Below are positions 30,006 to 37,508 of a DNA stretch of 38,490 nt, in pieces. The notes under the pieces were generated by a model. That model did no database searches. It had not been told where the DNA came from and saw only the letters and a list, made by a program, of their open reading frames with translations. Position numbers and translations under genes: made by a program. This DNA comes from an uncultured Eubacteriales bacterium (GTDB lineage Bacteria > Bacillota > Clostridia > Christensenellales > CAG-138). The stretch spans positions 1-38,490 of the forward strand of contig CADAQS010000001.1 in the NCBI GenBank assembly GCA_902790115.1, in the 5' to 3' direction. Within the stretch, counting starts at the first letter, position 1, and every line of letters starts with the position of its first letter.

Positions 30006-30437
30006 ATGCGAAAAGGGAACCGACGTAAAAAACGGAGCGCATTGGCGCTTTGGAATCCGATCCGTGCCATGCTGCTTGCGGGGGCGGCGGCAGCCGCGGC
30101 GATCCTGCTGCTTGGGCTGCTGCTGTATTGGGAATGGCTGCCGGACGGTGCGATCCCGATCGGCAACGCGCTGATCAAGGTCCTTTGCGCCGCGCTTGCG
30201 GGATTCTTTGCCGCCCGCAATCTGTCGGAGCACGCCTGCCGCACCGGCGCCGTCGCCGGCGCGCTGTTTTGGGCGTTTTCGACGGCCGTATTCTCGCTTT
30301 GTCTCGGCAGCTTCCGGTTTACCTGGACGCTGCTGTCCGACCTGCTGCTGTCCGTAACCGCGGGCGCCGCCGCAGCCGCTCTGCGCGTGCTGCTGCGCAA
30401 AAAGAGACGGGACGCAAAAAAGGACGCGGCGCCGTGA
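30006..30437 (+). CDS. Small four-helix membrane protein, TIGR04086/YrzE-like
   Basis: Four hydrophobic segments with basic termini; GGGGG RBS; family assignment from recollection only. Confidence 0.6.
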   Translation: MRKGNRRKKRSALALWNPIRAMLLAGAAAAAAILLLGLLLYWEWLPDGAIPIGNALIKVLCAALAGFFAARNLSEHACRTGAVAGALFWAFSTAVFSLCLGSFRFTWTLLSDLLLSVTAGAAAAALRVLLRKKRRDAKKDAAP

Positions 30438-30450
30438 TCCTTTGGACATC

Positions 30451-30488
30451 GACAAAAAAGAAAGCAGCAGGCTGCTTTCTTTTTGGTC
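30451..30488. terminator. Bidirectional intrinsic terminator
   Basis: aaaaagaaagcagc-ag-gctgctttcttttt between convergent genes. Confidence 0.85.
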
Positions 30489-30490
30489 GT

Positions 30491-31954
30491 TCAGTATCCC
30501 TGCCCCGGGTCGATGATCGAGCCGTCGATGGCGTTGATCTGCAGATAGCACGCCCCGGGAACGAAATAAACCGCATCTCCGTTCTCATCGATATCCCAAC
30601 CTTCGCCGATGTTCCGCAACAGGTTTTCTCCCCGCAGCACGAGGCTGCCGTAAAACGACCAGGCCGGCACGAGCAGGTACGTTCCGGTCGCCCCCTCCTT
30701 CCGAATCCGCACGTTTTCCAGCGCGATGCGGTCGATACGAATCGTTGCATCCGTAATCTTCATATCGCAATAATCGCAGCTGACCCGAGCCTCCTCGAGC
30801 ACGGGGAACACCTCCAGCATGATTTGCTTGCGGAACGTCGCCAGGACCGTTTCAAACGGAGCCAGCTTTACGTTCTCGTTGACAATCCGTGTCACGGTCG
30901 AAGGCTTGTGCCACTCGAACCAGTTCACACCGGTATCACGGATCTTAAAGTATGCATATTCCTGCTCGCATGGTTCGCTGTACGTGCGGTCGCCGCCGTT
31001 CTGCGAATAATACCCGAACACGTCCTGCTGGCTGTGCGTCATTGCGCCGGTCATGCCGTTCACGGGTCGTGTGAACCAGATCACGTACGCCTGTTCGTCG
31101 TGGCGCTCATACTCCTCACCATAGCGCGGACAATCTGCTGCAAAGACCAACACAGGTTCCAGATCGGTTTCTCCAAGCCTTGCAAGGAACGTCTTTGCGA
31201 CGGCAACCGCCTCGTCTTCGCTCAGCGTCACACCGCGTAACGGTCCCGTGACCGGTTCATAACGTGTTGTCTGGCTGATTGCATCATCCATGTTTGCATA
31301 CTCGATCGTCCCATCCATACGTGCTTCGATCGGCGAATGGTACTTCCGTTCCGGTCTTTCGTCGTCGACCTCTGCATTCATACGACCGAGCGCATCGTAT
31401 GCCGCATCGCTTAAATCGGCATCAAGTCCGTCGGTGCTGTCCGGTGCCTCACGGTAGTACGCCTGCCATACTTCGAGCTGTTCGTTCAGATCCTTTCGCA
31501 ATTCTTCCCGTTCTGCTTCGGACAGGTTTGCGTAATCCTCATCGAGGGTCGAAAGGCTCTCCTGTACTGCCCGGATCTCGCGCAGAATACCCTCGCGCGT
31601 CATATTGGCGCCCGCTTCGCTTTCGCGCACAAGAAGCCGTCGTCCGTCCGCGATCCGTGTCAGCATGTCCCTCGCCCAGGCAGCATCGTACGTTTGGGAC
31701 ACGACCTCCGCAACGGGATAACAGTCAACCGCGGGCAGCACAACTTCTGCGGCAAGTTCAACGGTCAGGCTCTGCCCGTAGATGATCTCGTCGACACGCG
31801 CAGGTGCTTCAAACCGCTTTTCCTCGGCAGGGACGTCGGCGATCTTTTCCGTCAATACGCCGTCGCCCTTATTCACAACAAATTCTTCCTCCGGCGTCGG
31901 CTGACAGGCACAAAACAGTATGATGATTGCAAGCAAAGCCGCGATTCGTTTCAT
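30491..31954 (-). CDS. Uncharacterised lipoprotein, DUF6034-like (paralog 1)
   Basis: Signal peptide with lipobox FCA-C; CQPTPEEEFVVNKGD; C-terminal INAIDGSIIDPGQGY; GGAGGAGG RBS; family name from recollection. Confidence 0.8.
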   Translation of the reverse strand: MKRIAALLAIIILFCACQPTPEEEFVVNKGDGVLTEKIADVPAEEKRFEAPARVDEIIYGQSLTVELAAEVVLPAVDCYPVAEVVSQTYDAAWARDMLTRIADGRRLLVRESEAGANMTREGILREIRAVQESLSTLDEDYANLSEAEREELRKDLNEQLEVWQAYYREAPDSTDGLDADLSDAAYDALGRMNAEVDDERPERKYHSPIEARMDGTIEYANMDDAISQTTRYEPVTGPLRGVTLSEDEAVAVAKTFLARLGETDLEPVLVFAADCPRYGEEYERHDEQAYVIWFTRPVNGMTGAMTHSQQDVFGYYSQNGGDRTYSEPCEQEYAYFKIRDTGVNWFEWHKPSTVTRIVNENVKLAPFETVLATFRKQIMLEVFPVLEEARVSCDYCDMKITDATIRIDRIALENVRIRKEGATGTYLLVPAWSFYGSLVLRGENLLRNIGEGWDIDENGDAVYFVPGACYLQINAIDGSIIDPGQGY

Positions 31955-32055
31955 TTCTCCTCCTCCGATTCCATCCTAATGGTTTTTGGGAAAAAAGTTG
32001 TTGCCGAACTGTAATCAATTTGTAATTGTCCGGCTATGATCCTTTTTATAAATCG

Positions 32056-32109
32056 ATTATAAAACCGAGATGTCATCAAAACGTCACAGTGTTGTCACGG
32101 AGTTGTAAA
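32056..32109 (-). promoter_or_regulatory. PhoP/OmpR-type activator array plus -10 box for lipoprotein paralog 1
   Basis: TTTACA-N5-GTGACA-N5-GTGACG-N5-ATGACA (11-bp phase), N9, then TATAAT. Confidence 0.65.
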
Positions 32110-32184
32110 ATTTTGGATAAAAAATCGAATTCATGCATAATGCTCCCATTTCCCTCGATCTGCGTCCGTTTTCTTCTCTAATAT

Positions 32185-32216
32185 ATTAAGACGCATGAAC
32201 GACCGTTTCTGTTGCA
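32185..32216 (-). promoter_or_regulatory. Putative ECF-sigma promoter for lipoprotein paralog 1
   Basis: TGCAAC-N16-GCGTCTTAAT; same layout as 20421-20452. Confidence 0.5.
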
Positions 32217-32262
32217 GCACTGCAAAATCTTCGCAGCGATACGAAATCGGTAAGCAGCGCAT

Positions 32263-32319
32263 AAAAAGGAGCTGCCGGAGAATTCGCGTTTCGGCGATTT
32301 GGGGGCTTCTTCGGCAGCT
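32263..32319 (-). terminator. Probable terminator of lipoprotein paralog 2
   Basis: agctgccg.ag...ct.cggcagct stem followed by CCTTTTT on the minus strand. Confidence 0.6.
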
Positions 32320-32336
32320 TCAGGATTCATTTTGGG

Positions 32337-33848
32337 TTAATAGCCGTAATCCGGATGAATGATCGAACCGTCGACGGCGTTCAGAATAACGACGTCGTGC
32401 TGCAAGTCCTCATTGGTCCGTTCACGTTCTCTGAATTCCGGTTCCGTCGCAAACTCTCCGTCAAAGAACACGACCCAGCAAGGCATTTCGTAGTATTCAT
32501 CGGAGTTTTTGATGTGCAGGGTATAGGTCGTCAGCAGCATTTCATAGATTTCAAGGTCGATCTGCCGATCGCCCCAATCTTCAAACGGGAAGCTGACGGA
32601 AACGGCGTTTAACGCAATGCGCTTCACATCGTCAAACGGAAGCAGTTCCACGCTTTCGTTTACGCATTCCAGAACGGACTTCGGCGCCGAATAACCGAAG
32701 TACTGAATGCCGTTTTCATCGATCAAAACTTCCAGCTCTTCATCACGAATCGGTTTATTCACGAGGTATCCGCTGTTATCTCCTTCCTTCCTATATGACA
32801 CCGGCGCATACGGAACGCTGACGGACGGATACCCGCCGTAGTCACGGATCAGTCGGAATGTCCAGCCACCGGTGACATAGTGCAGTTTTCCGCCGATGCT
32901 GTCCAAAAGGTTCGATTCGACCGCGCTTTTCACCGCAAAGTCCGTAAAGCCGAGCCGTTCCATCTCCGCATGCAGAATCTTTTCGGCCTCCGTCTTATCC
33001 ATTTTGACGTCCTTCCAGATCTTTGCATTCGGTTCGTCGAAGCGCTTGTCGTCTTCGTAATAATAGCGGTAATAGTTATAGCCGGAATTGCTGCACCCCT
33101 TCGATATGATCAGAAAATCCTGCCACCATGTAACCGCCGCCTTGCTTCCGTCCTCCAGTGTAAAGCCGCTGGTGCGTCTCTCCTTCAGGCTGTTGTAATC
33201 CGAAACCGGCGTTGTTTCAAGCTTCTCCGGCGCTTTCTCGATCTGCTCCATGTATTCTTTGAGCTGTGCGTCGACCTCCTCCTGCGTGAGTTCCGTTTCA
33301 TCGCGGTCGACGCCGTCGTTCGGCTTGCCCGCCGCCTGCCACTCAAGTTTTGCGTTCGCCTCTTTAAGATACCGCTCCATCTCCTGTTTAATATCGTCCT
33401 TGGTCGGCTCCTGCGTAAAGACCTCGGTGGGCTTTTTTAACAGCGCCGTCGCAAGCTTTGCCGCTTCCTCTGAGGAAATCTCCCTGCCGCGCGTGCGGTA
33501 AACCGGGTACAGCCCGTCCGCCCTCTGCACGATCTTCGCATGCACCGCGATCGAAAGATGATCGCTGTACTTCTCCGCATCCGCATCCCAGCGTTCCGGG
33601 AAGGTCTGCGGCGAAAGCGCTGCGCCGGGCTTCGTTTCGCTTCCGGGATCGGTTGTTGTTGACGCATTATTCGCCGCTTGTTCGGATACAGAGACCGAAT
33701 CTTCTGCCTGCGCCGGAACCGGCGTTGCCGCAAGCTTCTGCTCCACAACTTCATCACCCTTATTGATCACATAGTCGTGATCCGGCGTCGGCACGCAGGC
33801 CGTCAGCAGCAGCGCCGCCAGCAGCCACAGAATCATTTGCTTTTTCAT
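32337..33848 (-). CDS. Uncharacterised lipoprotein, DUF6034-like (paralog 2)
   Basis: Lipobox LTA-C; CVPTPDHDYVINKGD; C-terminal LNAVDGSIIHPDYGY; GAAAGGAG RBS. Confidence 0.8.
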   Translation of the reverse strand: MKKQMILWLLAALLLTACVPTPDHDYVINKGDEVVEQKLAATPVPAQAEDSVSVSEQAANNASTTTDPGSETKPGAALSPQTFPERWDADAEKYSDHLSIAVHAKIVQRADGLYPVYRTRGREISSEEAAKLATALLKKPTEVFTQEPTKDDIKQEMERYLKEANAKLEWQAAGKPNDGVDRDETELTQEEVDAQLKEYMEQIEKAPEKLETTPVSDYNSLKERRTSGFTLEDGSKAAVTWWQDFLIISKGCSNSGYNYYRYYYEDDKRFDEPNAKIWKDVKMDKTEAEKILHAEMERLGFTDFAVKSAVESNLLDSIGGKLHYVTGGWTFRLIRDYGGYPSVSVPYAPVSYRKEGDNSGYLVNKPIRDEELEVLIDENGIQYFGYSAPKSVLECVNESVELLPFDDVKRIALNAVSVSFPFEDWGDRQIDLEIYEMLLTTYTLHIKNSDEYYEMPCWVVFFDGEFATEPEFRERERTNEDLQHDVVILNAVDGSIIHPDYGY

Positions 33849-34004
33849 GGGAATTCTCCTTTCGTTTCCTGATTGTGGCGGTTCGCCGCCCTTCGGATCC
33901 GGCGCAATATCCGGTTGTCACAGAGTCGTCACCCGCCCGTGAACAAGATGCGGCATTTTCGTCAAATAATCTTCCGCTTCCGGCATGCCGCACCTTCCTT
34001 CGCC

Positions 34005-34059
34005 ATTGTACAAAAAAACTTGTAACAGAGTCCTCACGGACTTGTTGCAGAGTTGTAAA
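34005..34059 (-). promoter_or_regulatory. PhoP/OmpR-type activator array plus -10 box for lipoprotein paralog 2
   Basis: TTTACA-N5-GCAACA-N5-GTGAGG-N5-GTTACA (11-bp phase), N10, then TACAAT. Confidence 0.6.
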
Positions 34060-34205
34060 ATCGCCTCCGCCGAAGCAGAATTTACAACTTCCCGCTTCCT
34101 CGCCGAAAAAGTGCCGAAATCGGGCGATTCTACCCACGGTAGAGAACATTTTCGGCATTCTACCGGCAAAAGCGGTCCGGTAGGACGGAGAAAGCGGCGG
34201 ATAGA

Positions 34206-34234
34206 TTGACGCGGAGGATTTGATCCGGTATAGT
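34206..34234 (+). promoter_or_regulatory. sigmaA promoter of the DegV gene
   Basis: TTGACG-N17-TATAGT. Confidence 0.7.
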
Positions 34235-34309
34235 AAGCTGATGAAAGAATACGGTGCACGCGGGGCGGAGCGGTCTCGCTTGTTTCCGGTGTGAAAGGAG
34301 CATTACAAC

Positions 34310-35176
34310 ATGGCAGAGTATCGGATCTTTGCAGACGCGGCATGCGATATCCCGAAGGAGACCCTGCGGCAGTGGGGCGTTGAGATGGTCGAAATGACCT
34401 TCCGCTTCACGGACGAGGAGCAGGAGCATTACAACAGCGAAACGGACGTTGTGGATTTCTACAACCAGATGCGCGCAGGGCGCTGCTCGCGCACCGCGGC
34501 GATCAATACGGCGGCGTTCATCGATGCCTTCCGGCCGACGCTCGAGCAGGGACGCGACCTGCTCTACGTCGCGTTCTCGTCCGGCGGTTCCACGACCTAT
34601 GAGCAGTCGCTCGCGGCCATCGCGCAGCTGCAGCCCGAGTTCCCCGACCGCAAGATCCTTTCGGTCGACGCGCTCGCGTACTCCGCCGGTCTCGGCCTGA
34701 CCGTCTACCTCGCCGCCCAGAAGCAGCAGGCGGGCGCGACCATCGAGGAGGTCTTCCGCTACGTCGAGGACATCCGCCTGCACGTCTGCCACTGGTTCAC
34801 CGTCGATGATCTCGTCTACCTCAAGCGCGGCGGACGCGTCAGCGCGACGACCGCGCTCGTCGGCACCATGCTCGGCATCAAGCCGGTTCTGCACGTGGAC
34901 GACGCCGGACACCTCGTCAGCGTCGATAAGGCGCGCAGCCGCCGCCGCAGCCTCAAAGCCATGGCCGACCGCTTCCGCGAAACCGCGCTCGATCCCGCCC
35001 ACGGCACAATCTTCATCGGCCACGGCGACTGCCGCGAGGACGCCGATTACCTCGCCGGGCTCGTCCGCAAGATCGCCGGCCGCGACGTCGATCTTATCAC
35101 CTACATCGGACCCGTCATCGGCTCCCACTCCGGCCCCGGCACCGCCGCCCTGTTCTTCCTCGGCTCGAAGCGGTAA
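34310..35176 (+). CDS. DegV family fatty-acid-binding protein (FakB-like)
   Basis: DAACDIP, FSSG.STTY, VDDLVYLKRGGRVS, LGIKPVL, IGPVIGSHSGPGT; GAAAGGAG RBS. Confidence 0.93.
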   Translation: MAEYRIFADAACDIPKETLRQWGVEMVEMTFRFTDEEQEHYNSETDVVDFYNQMRAGRCSRTAAINTAAFIDAFRPTLEQGRDLLYVAFSSGGSTTYEQSLAAIAQLQPEFPDRKILSVDALAYSAGLGLTVYLAAQKQQAGATIEEVFRYVEDIRLHVCHWFTVDDLVYLKRGGRVSATTALVGTMLGIKPVLHVDDAGHLVSVDKARSRRRSLKAMADRFRETALDPAHGTIFIGHGDCREDADYLAGLVRKIAGRDVDLITYIGPVIGSHSGPGTAALFFLGSKR

Positions 35177-35187
35177 CCGAACCCTTT

Positions 35188-35220
35188 CAAAGTCCCGTTA
35201 TGCGGGACTTTTTTCTTTTT
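35188..35220 (+). terminator. Intrinsic terminator of the DegV gene
   Basis: aaagtcccg-ttatg-cgggacttt followed by ttttcttttt. Confidence 0.85.
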
Positions 35221-35272
35221 ATGGAAAAGTGCATTTTTATCGTAAAAGAGCCGTTTCAAGTCAAAAATCTTC

Positions 35273-35323
35273 TTGACAGAATCCGTGCCGCGTGGTATCT
35301 TGATTTGCGAATCATTCGCAAAT
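35273..35323 (+). promoter_or_regulatory. sigmaA promoter with overlapping Fur/Zur-type operator
   Basis: TTGACA-N17-TATCTT (TG extended), then a perfect 10-1-10 palindrome ATTTGCGAAT-C-ATTCGCAAAT (35303-35323) over the predicted start site. Confidence 0.8.
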
Positions 35324-35344
35324 TCGAGAAACGGAGGGACTGGA

Positions 35345-35734
35345 ATGCCGAAGTACGCGACGCGGCAGCGCAAACTGCTTTTGGACTATCTTGCCCGGCA
35401 CCATGACGAAACGCTGACGGCGGGGCAGATTGCCGACGCGCTGGCGGCGGACGGAATCAGCCGGAGCGCGGTCTACCGCAACCTTGCGTCGCTGGAGGAA
35501 GCGGGCAAGGTGCGGCGCACGGTGGGCGCGGGACGCGAATCGCAGTACCGCTATGCCGACGCGGCGGAATGCCGCAACAGCCTGCACCTGTCGTGCATGA
35601 AATGCGGGCGCACGTTCCACATGGCGCTGCCGGACGCGGCGCTGCTCGAAACCAGCCTTGCCGAGAACGAGGGCTTTGCGATCGACAAGGCCAGCACGGT
35701 CCTGTACGGAACGTGCGGCGACTGTCAGAAATAA
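35345..35734 (+). CDS. Fur family transcriptional repressor (probable Zur)
   Basis: YATRQRK, SRSAVYRNL..LE, HLSCMKCG, YGTCGDC (two CxxC); first gene of a metal ABC operon; GGAGGG RBS. Confidence 0.88.
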   Translation: MPKYATRQRKLLLDYLARHHDETLTAGQIADALAADGISRSAVYRNLASLEEAGKVRRTVGAGRESQYRYADAAECRNSLHLSCMKCGRTFHMALPDAALLETSLAENEGFAIDKASTVLYGTCGDCQK

Positions 35735-35804
35735 GATCTTTCGGGGAAAGGCGCCGCATCGGCTGCAAAGTCCTTTTCCCTTCTGAGGATTGTTCGGAGG
35801 ACCC

Positions 35805-36782
35805 ATGATGAAAAAGACAGGGATCGCCCTGCTGAGTCTTATGCTGCTGTTATGCAGCTTTGCCTGCGCGCCGCAAAAACCGCCCGCGGCCGACGCGGAG
35901 AACCCGCCGCTTCGCATTGTGACTACGATCTTCCCGCTCTATGACTGGGTGCAGAAGATCCTCGGTGAAAACGCCGGGAATACGGAGCTTTCGATGCTGC
36001 TGGACAGCGGCGTCGATCTGCACAGCTATCAGCCGTCCGCGGAGGACATCGTGCGCATCTCGACCTGCGACGTCTTTCTGTACGTCGGCGGCGAATCCGA
36101 CGAATGGATCGATGACGCGCTGAAGGAATCGCAAAACCCCGATCAGCTCGTGATCAGCCTTTTGGATCTGCTCGGCGACGGCGTCAAAGCCGAAGAGACC
36201 GTCGAGGGCATGCAGGCGGAACCCGAAGAGGATTCCGCAGAAGAAACCGAATCCGACGAGCACGTCTGGCTGTCGCTGAAAAACGCGAAAGCGCTTTGCG
36301 GCGCGATCGCGGATCGCCTTGCCGAAGCCGATCCCGACCATGCCGATGCGTACCGCCAAAACGCGGCCGCCTACGGCGAACAGCTCTCCGCGCTCGACGC
36401 CGCGTATGCCGAAGCGGTGCAGGGCGCGGCGTATCGGACGCTGCTGTTTGCCGACCGGTTCCCGTTCCGCTACCTGGCGGACGACTACGGGCTGGACTAT
36501 TACGCGGCGTTTTCGGGCTGTTCGGCGGAGACCGAAGCGAGCTTTGCAACGATCGTGTTCCTTGCGGACAAGCTCGACGAACTCGGTCTGCCGGCGGTGC
36601 TGCAGATCGAAAGCGCGGACGGCTCGATCGCGCGGACGGTGCTTGCCGCAAGCAAAAATCCCGACCGCCCGGTGCTGACGCTCGATTCGCTGCAGTCCGT
36701 CACCGCGGCCGAGCGCGGCGGCGCAGACTACTTAACGCGCATGGAGCAGAACCTCGGCGTTCTGAAAGCCGCGCTGAACTGA
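35805..36782 (+). CDS. Zn/Mn ABC transporter substrate-binding lipoprotein (ZnuA/AdcA-like)
   Basis: Lipobox SFA-C, IVTTIFPLYDW, GVDLHSYQP, DEHVWLS, DPDHA..Y..N. Confidence 0.9.
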   Translation: MMKKTGIALLSLMLLLCSFACAPQKPPAADAENPPLRIVTTIFPLYDWVQKILGENAGNTELSMLLDSGVDLHSYQPSAEDIVRISTCDVFLYVGGESDEWIDDALKESQNPDQLVISLLDLLGDGVKAEETVEGMQAEPEEDSAEETESDEHVWLSLKNAKALCGAIADRLAEADPDHADAYRQNAAAYGEQLSALDAAYAEAVQGAAYRTLLFADRFPFRYLADDYGLDYYAAFSGCSAETEASFATIVFLADKLDELGLPAVLQIESADGSIARTVLAASKNPDRPVLTLDSLQSVTAAERGGADYLTRMEQNLGVLKAALN

Positions 36783-36800
36783 CCCGACAAGGAGATTTTC

Positions 36801-37508
36801 ATGGCGCAACTGACCTTAGAGCATCTTTCGCTCGGATATGAAGGAACCGAAATCCTGCACGACCTGAATCTTTCGGTCGATGCGGGCGATTACCTGTGCA
36901 TCGTCGGAGAAAACGGCTCCGGCAAAAGCACGCTGATGAAAACGATCCTCGGCCTTGCCGCGCCGCTGTCCGGCAAGGTGCTCTGGGGGGACGGTCTTCG
37001 CCGGAACGAGATCGGGTACCTCCCGCAGCAGACGGTCGTCCAGCGAGACTTTCCCGCGTCCGTCTGGGAGATCGTGCTGTCCGGCTGCCAGGCGCGCTGC
37101 GGACTGCGCCCGTTTTACAGCCGCGCCGAAAAGGCGCTTGCGCAGAGCAATCTTCAGAAACTCGGCCTCGAATCGCTGAAAAACCGGTGCTACCGCGAGC
37201 TGTCCGGCGGGCAGCAGCAGCGCGTGCTGCTGGCGCGCGCTCTCTGTGCGACGCAGAAGATCCTGCTGCTCGACGAGCCGGTTTCCGGGCTCGATCCGGT
37301 CGTGACCGGCGAGCTGTACCGGCTGATCGCGTCGCTGAACCGCGAGGGCACGACGGTGCTGATGATCTCGCACGATATCGACGCCGCCGTGCGCTACGCA
37401 AGCCATGTGCTGCATATCGGCAGCAACGTGTTCTTCGGCACGAAGGATGCATACGAGGCGAGTCCGCTGTACCGCCGCTTTACGGAAGGAGGCGAGGCGC
37501 ATGTCTGA
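36801..37508 (+). CDS. Zn/Mn ABC transporter ATP-binding protein (ZnuC-like)
   Basis: GENGSGKST, IGYLPQ..DFPASV, LSGGQQQRV, LLDEP, ISHD. Confidence 0.93.
   Translation: MAQLTLEHLSLGYEGTEILHDLNLSVDAGDYLCIVGENGSGKSTLMKTILGLAAPLSGKVLWGDGLRRNEIGYLPQQTVVQRDFPASVWEIVLSGCQARCGLRPFYSRAEKALAQSNLQKLGLESLKNRCYRELSGGQQQRVLLARALCATQKILLLDEPVSGLDPVVTGELYRLIASLNREGTTVLMISHDIDAAVRYASHVLHIGSNVFFGTKDAYEASPLYRRFTEGGEAHV

Noticed and set aside
32043-32064. AT-rich near-palindrome ttttataaatcgattataaaa
   Set aside because: Overlaps the -10 box and is low-complexity; no independent support as an operator.
34126-34184. attctacc..ggtag hairpins resembling Cas12a-type repeat stems
   Set aside because: Only two non-identical units, no regular spacers and no cas genes; not a CRISPR array.
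30440-34300. Islet as an integrative mobile element
   Set aside because: No integrase, transposase, tRNA target or flanking direct repeats seen; only a compositional difference.
33760-34343. Short ORFs (33760..34158, 33875..34183, 33918..34343, 33985..34209) in the lipoprotein-DegV gap
   Set aside because: No good RBS, no coding-like composition, and they overlap promoter and operator elements.
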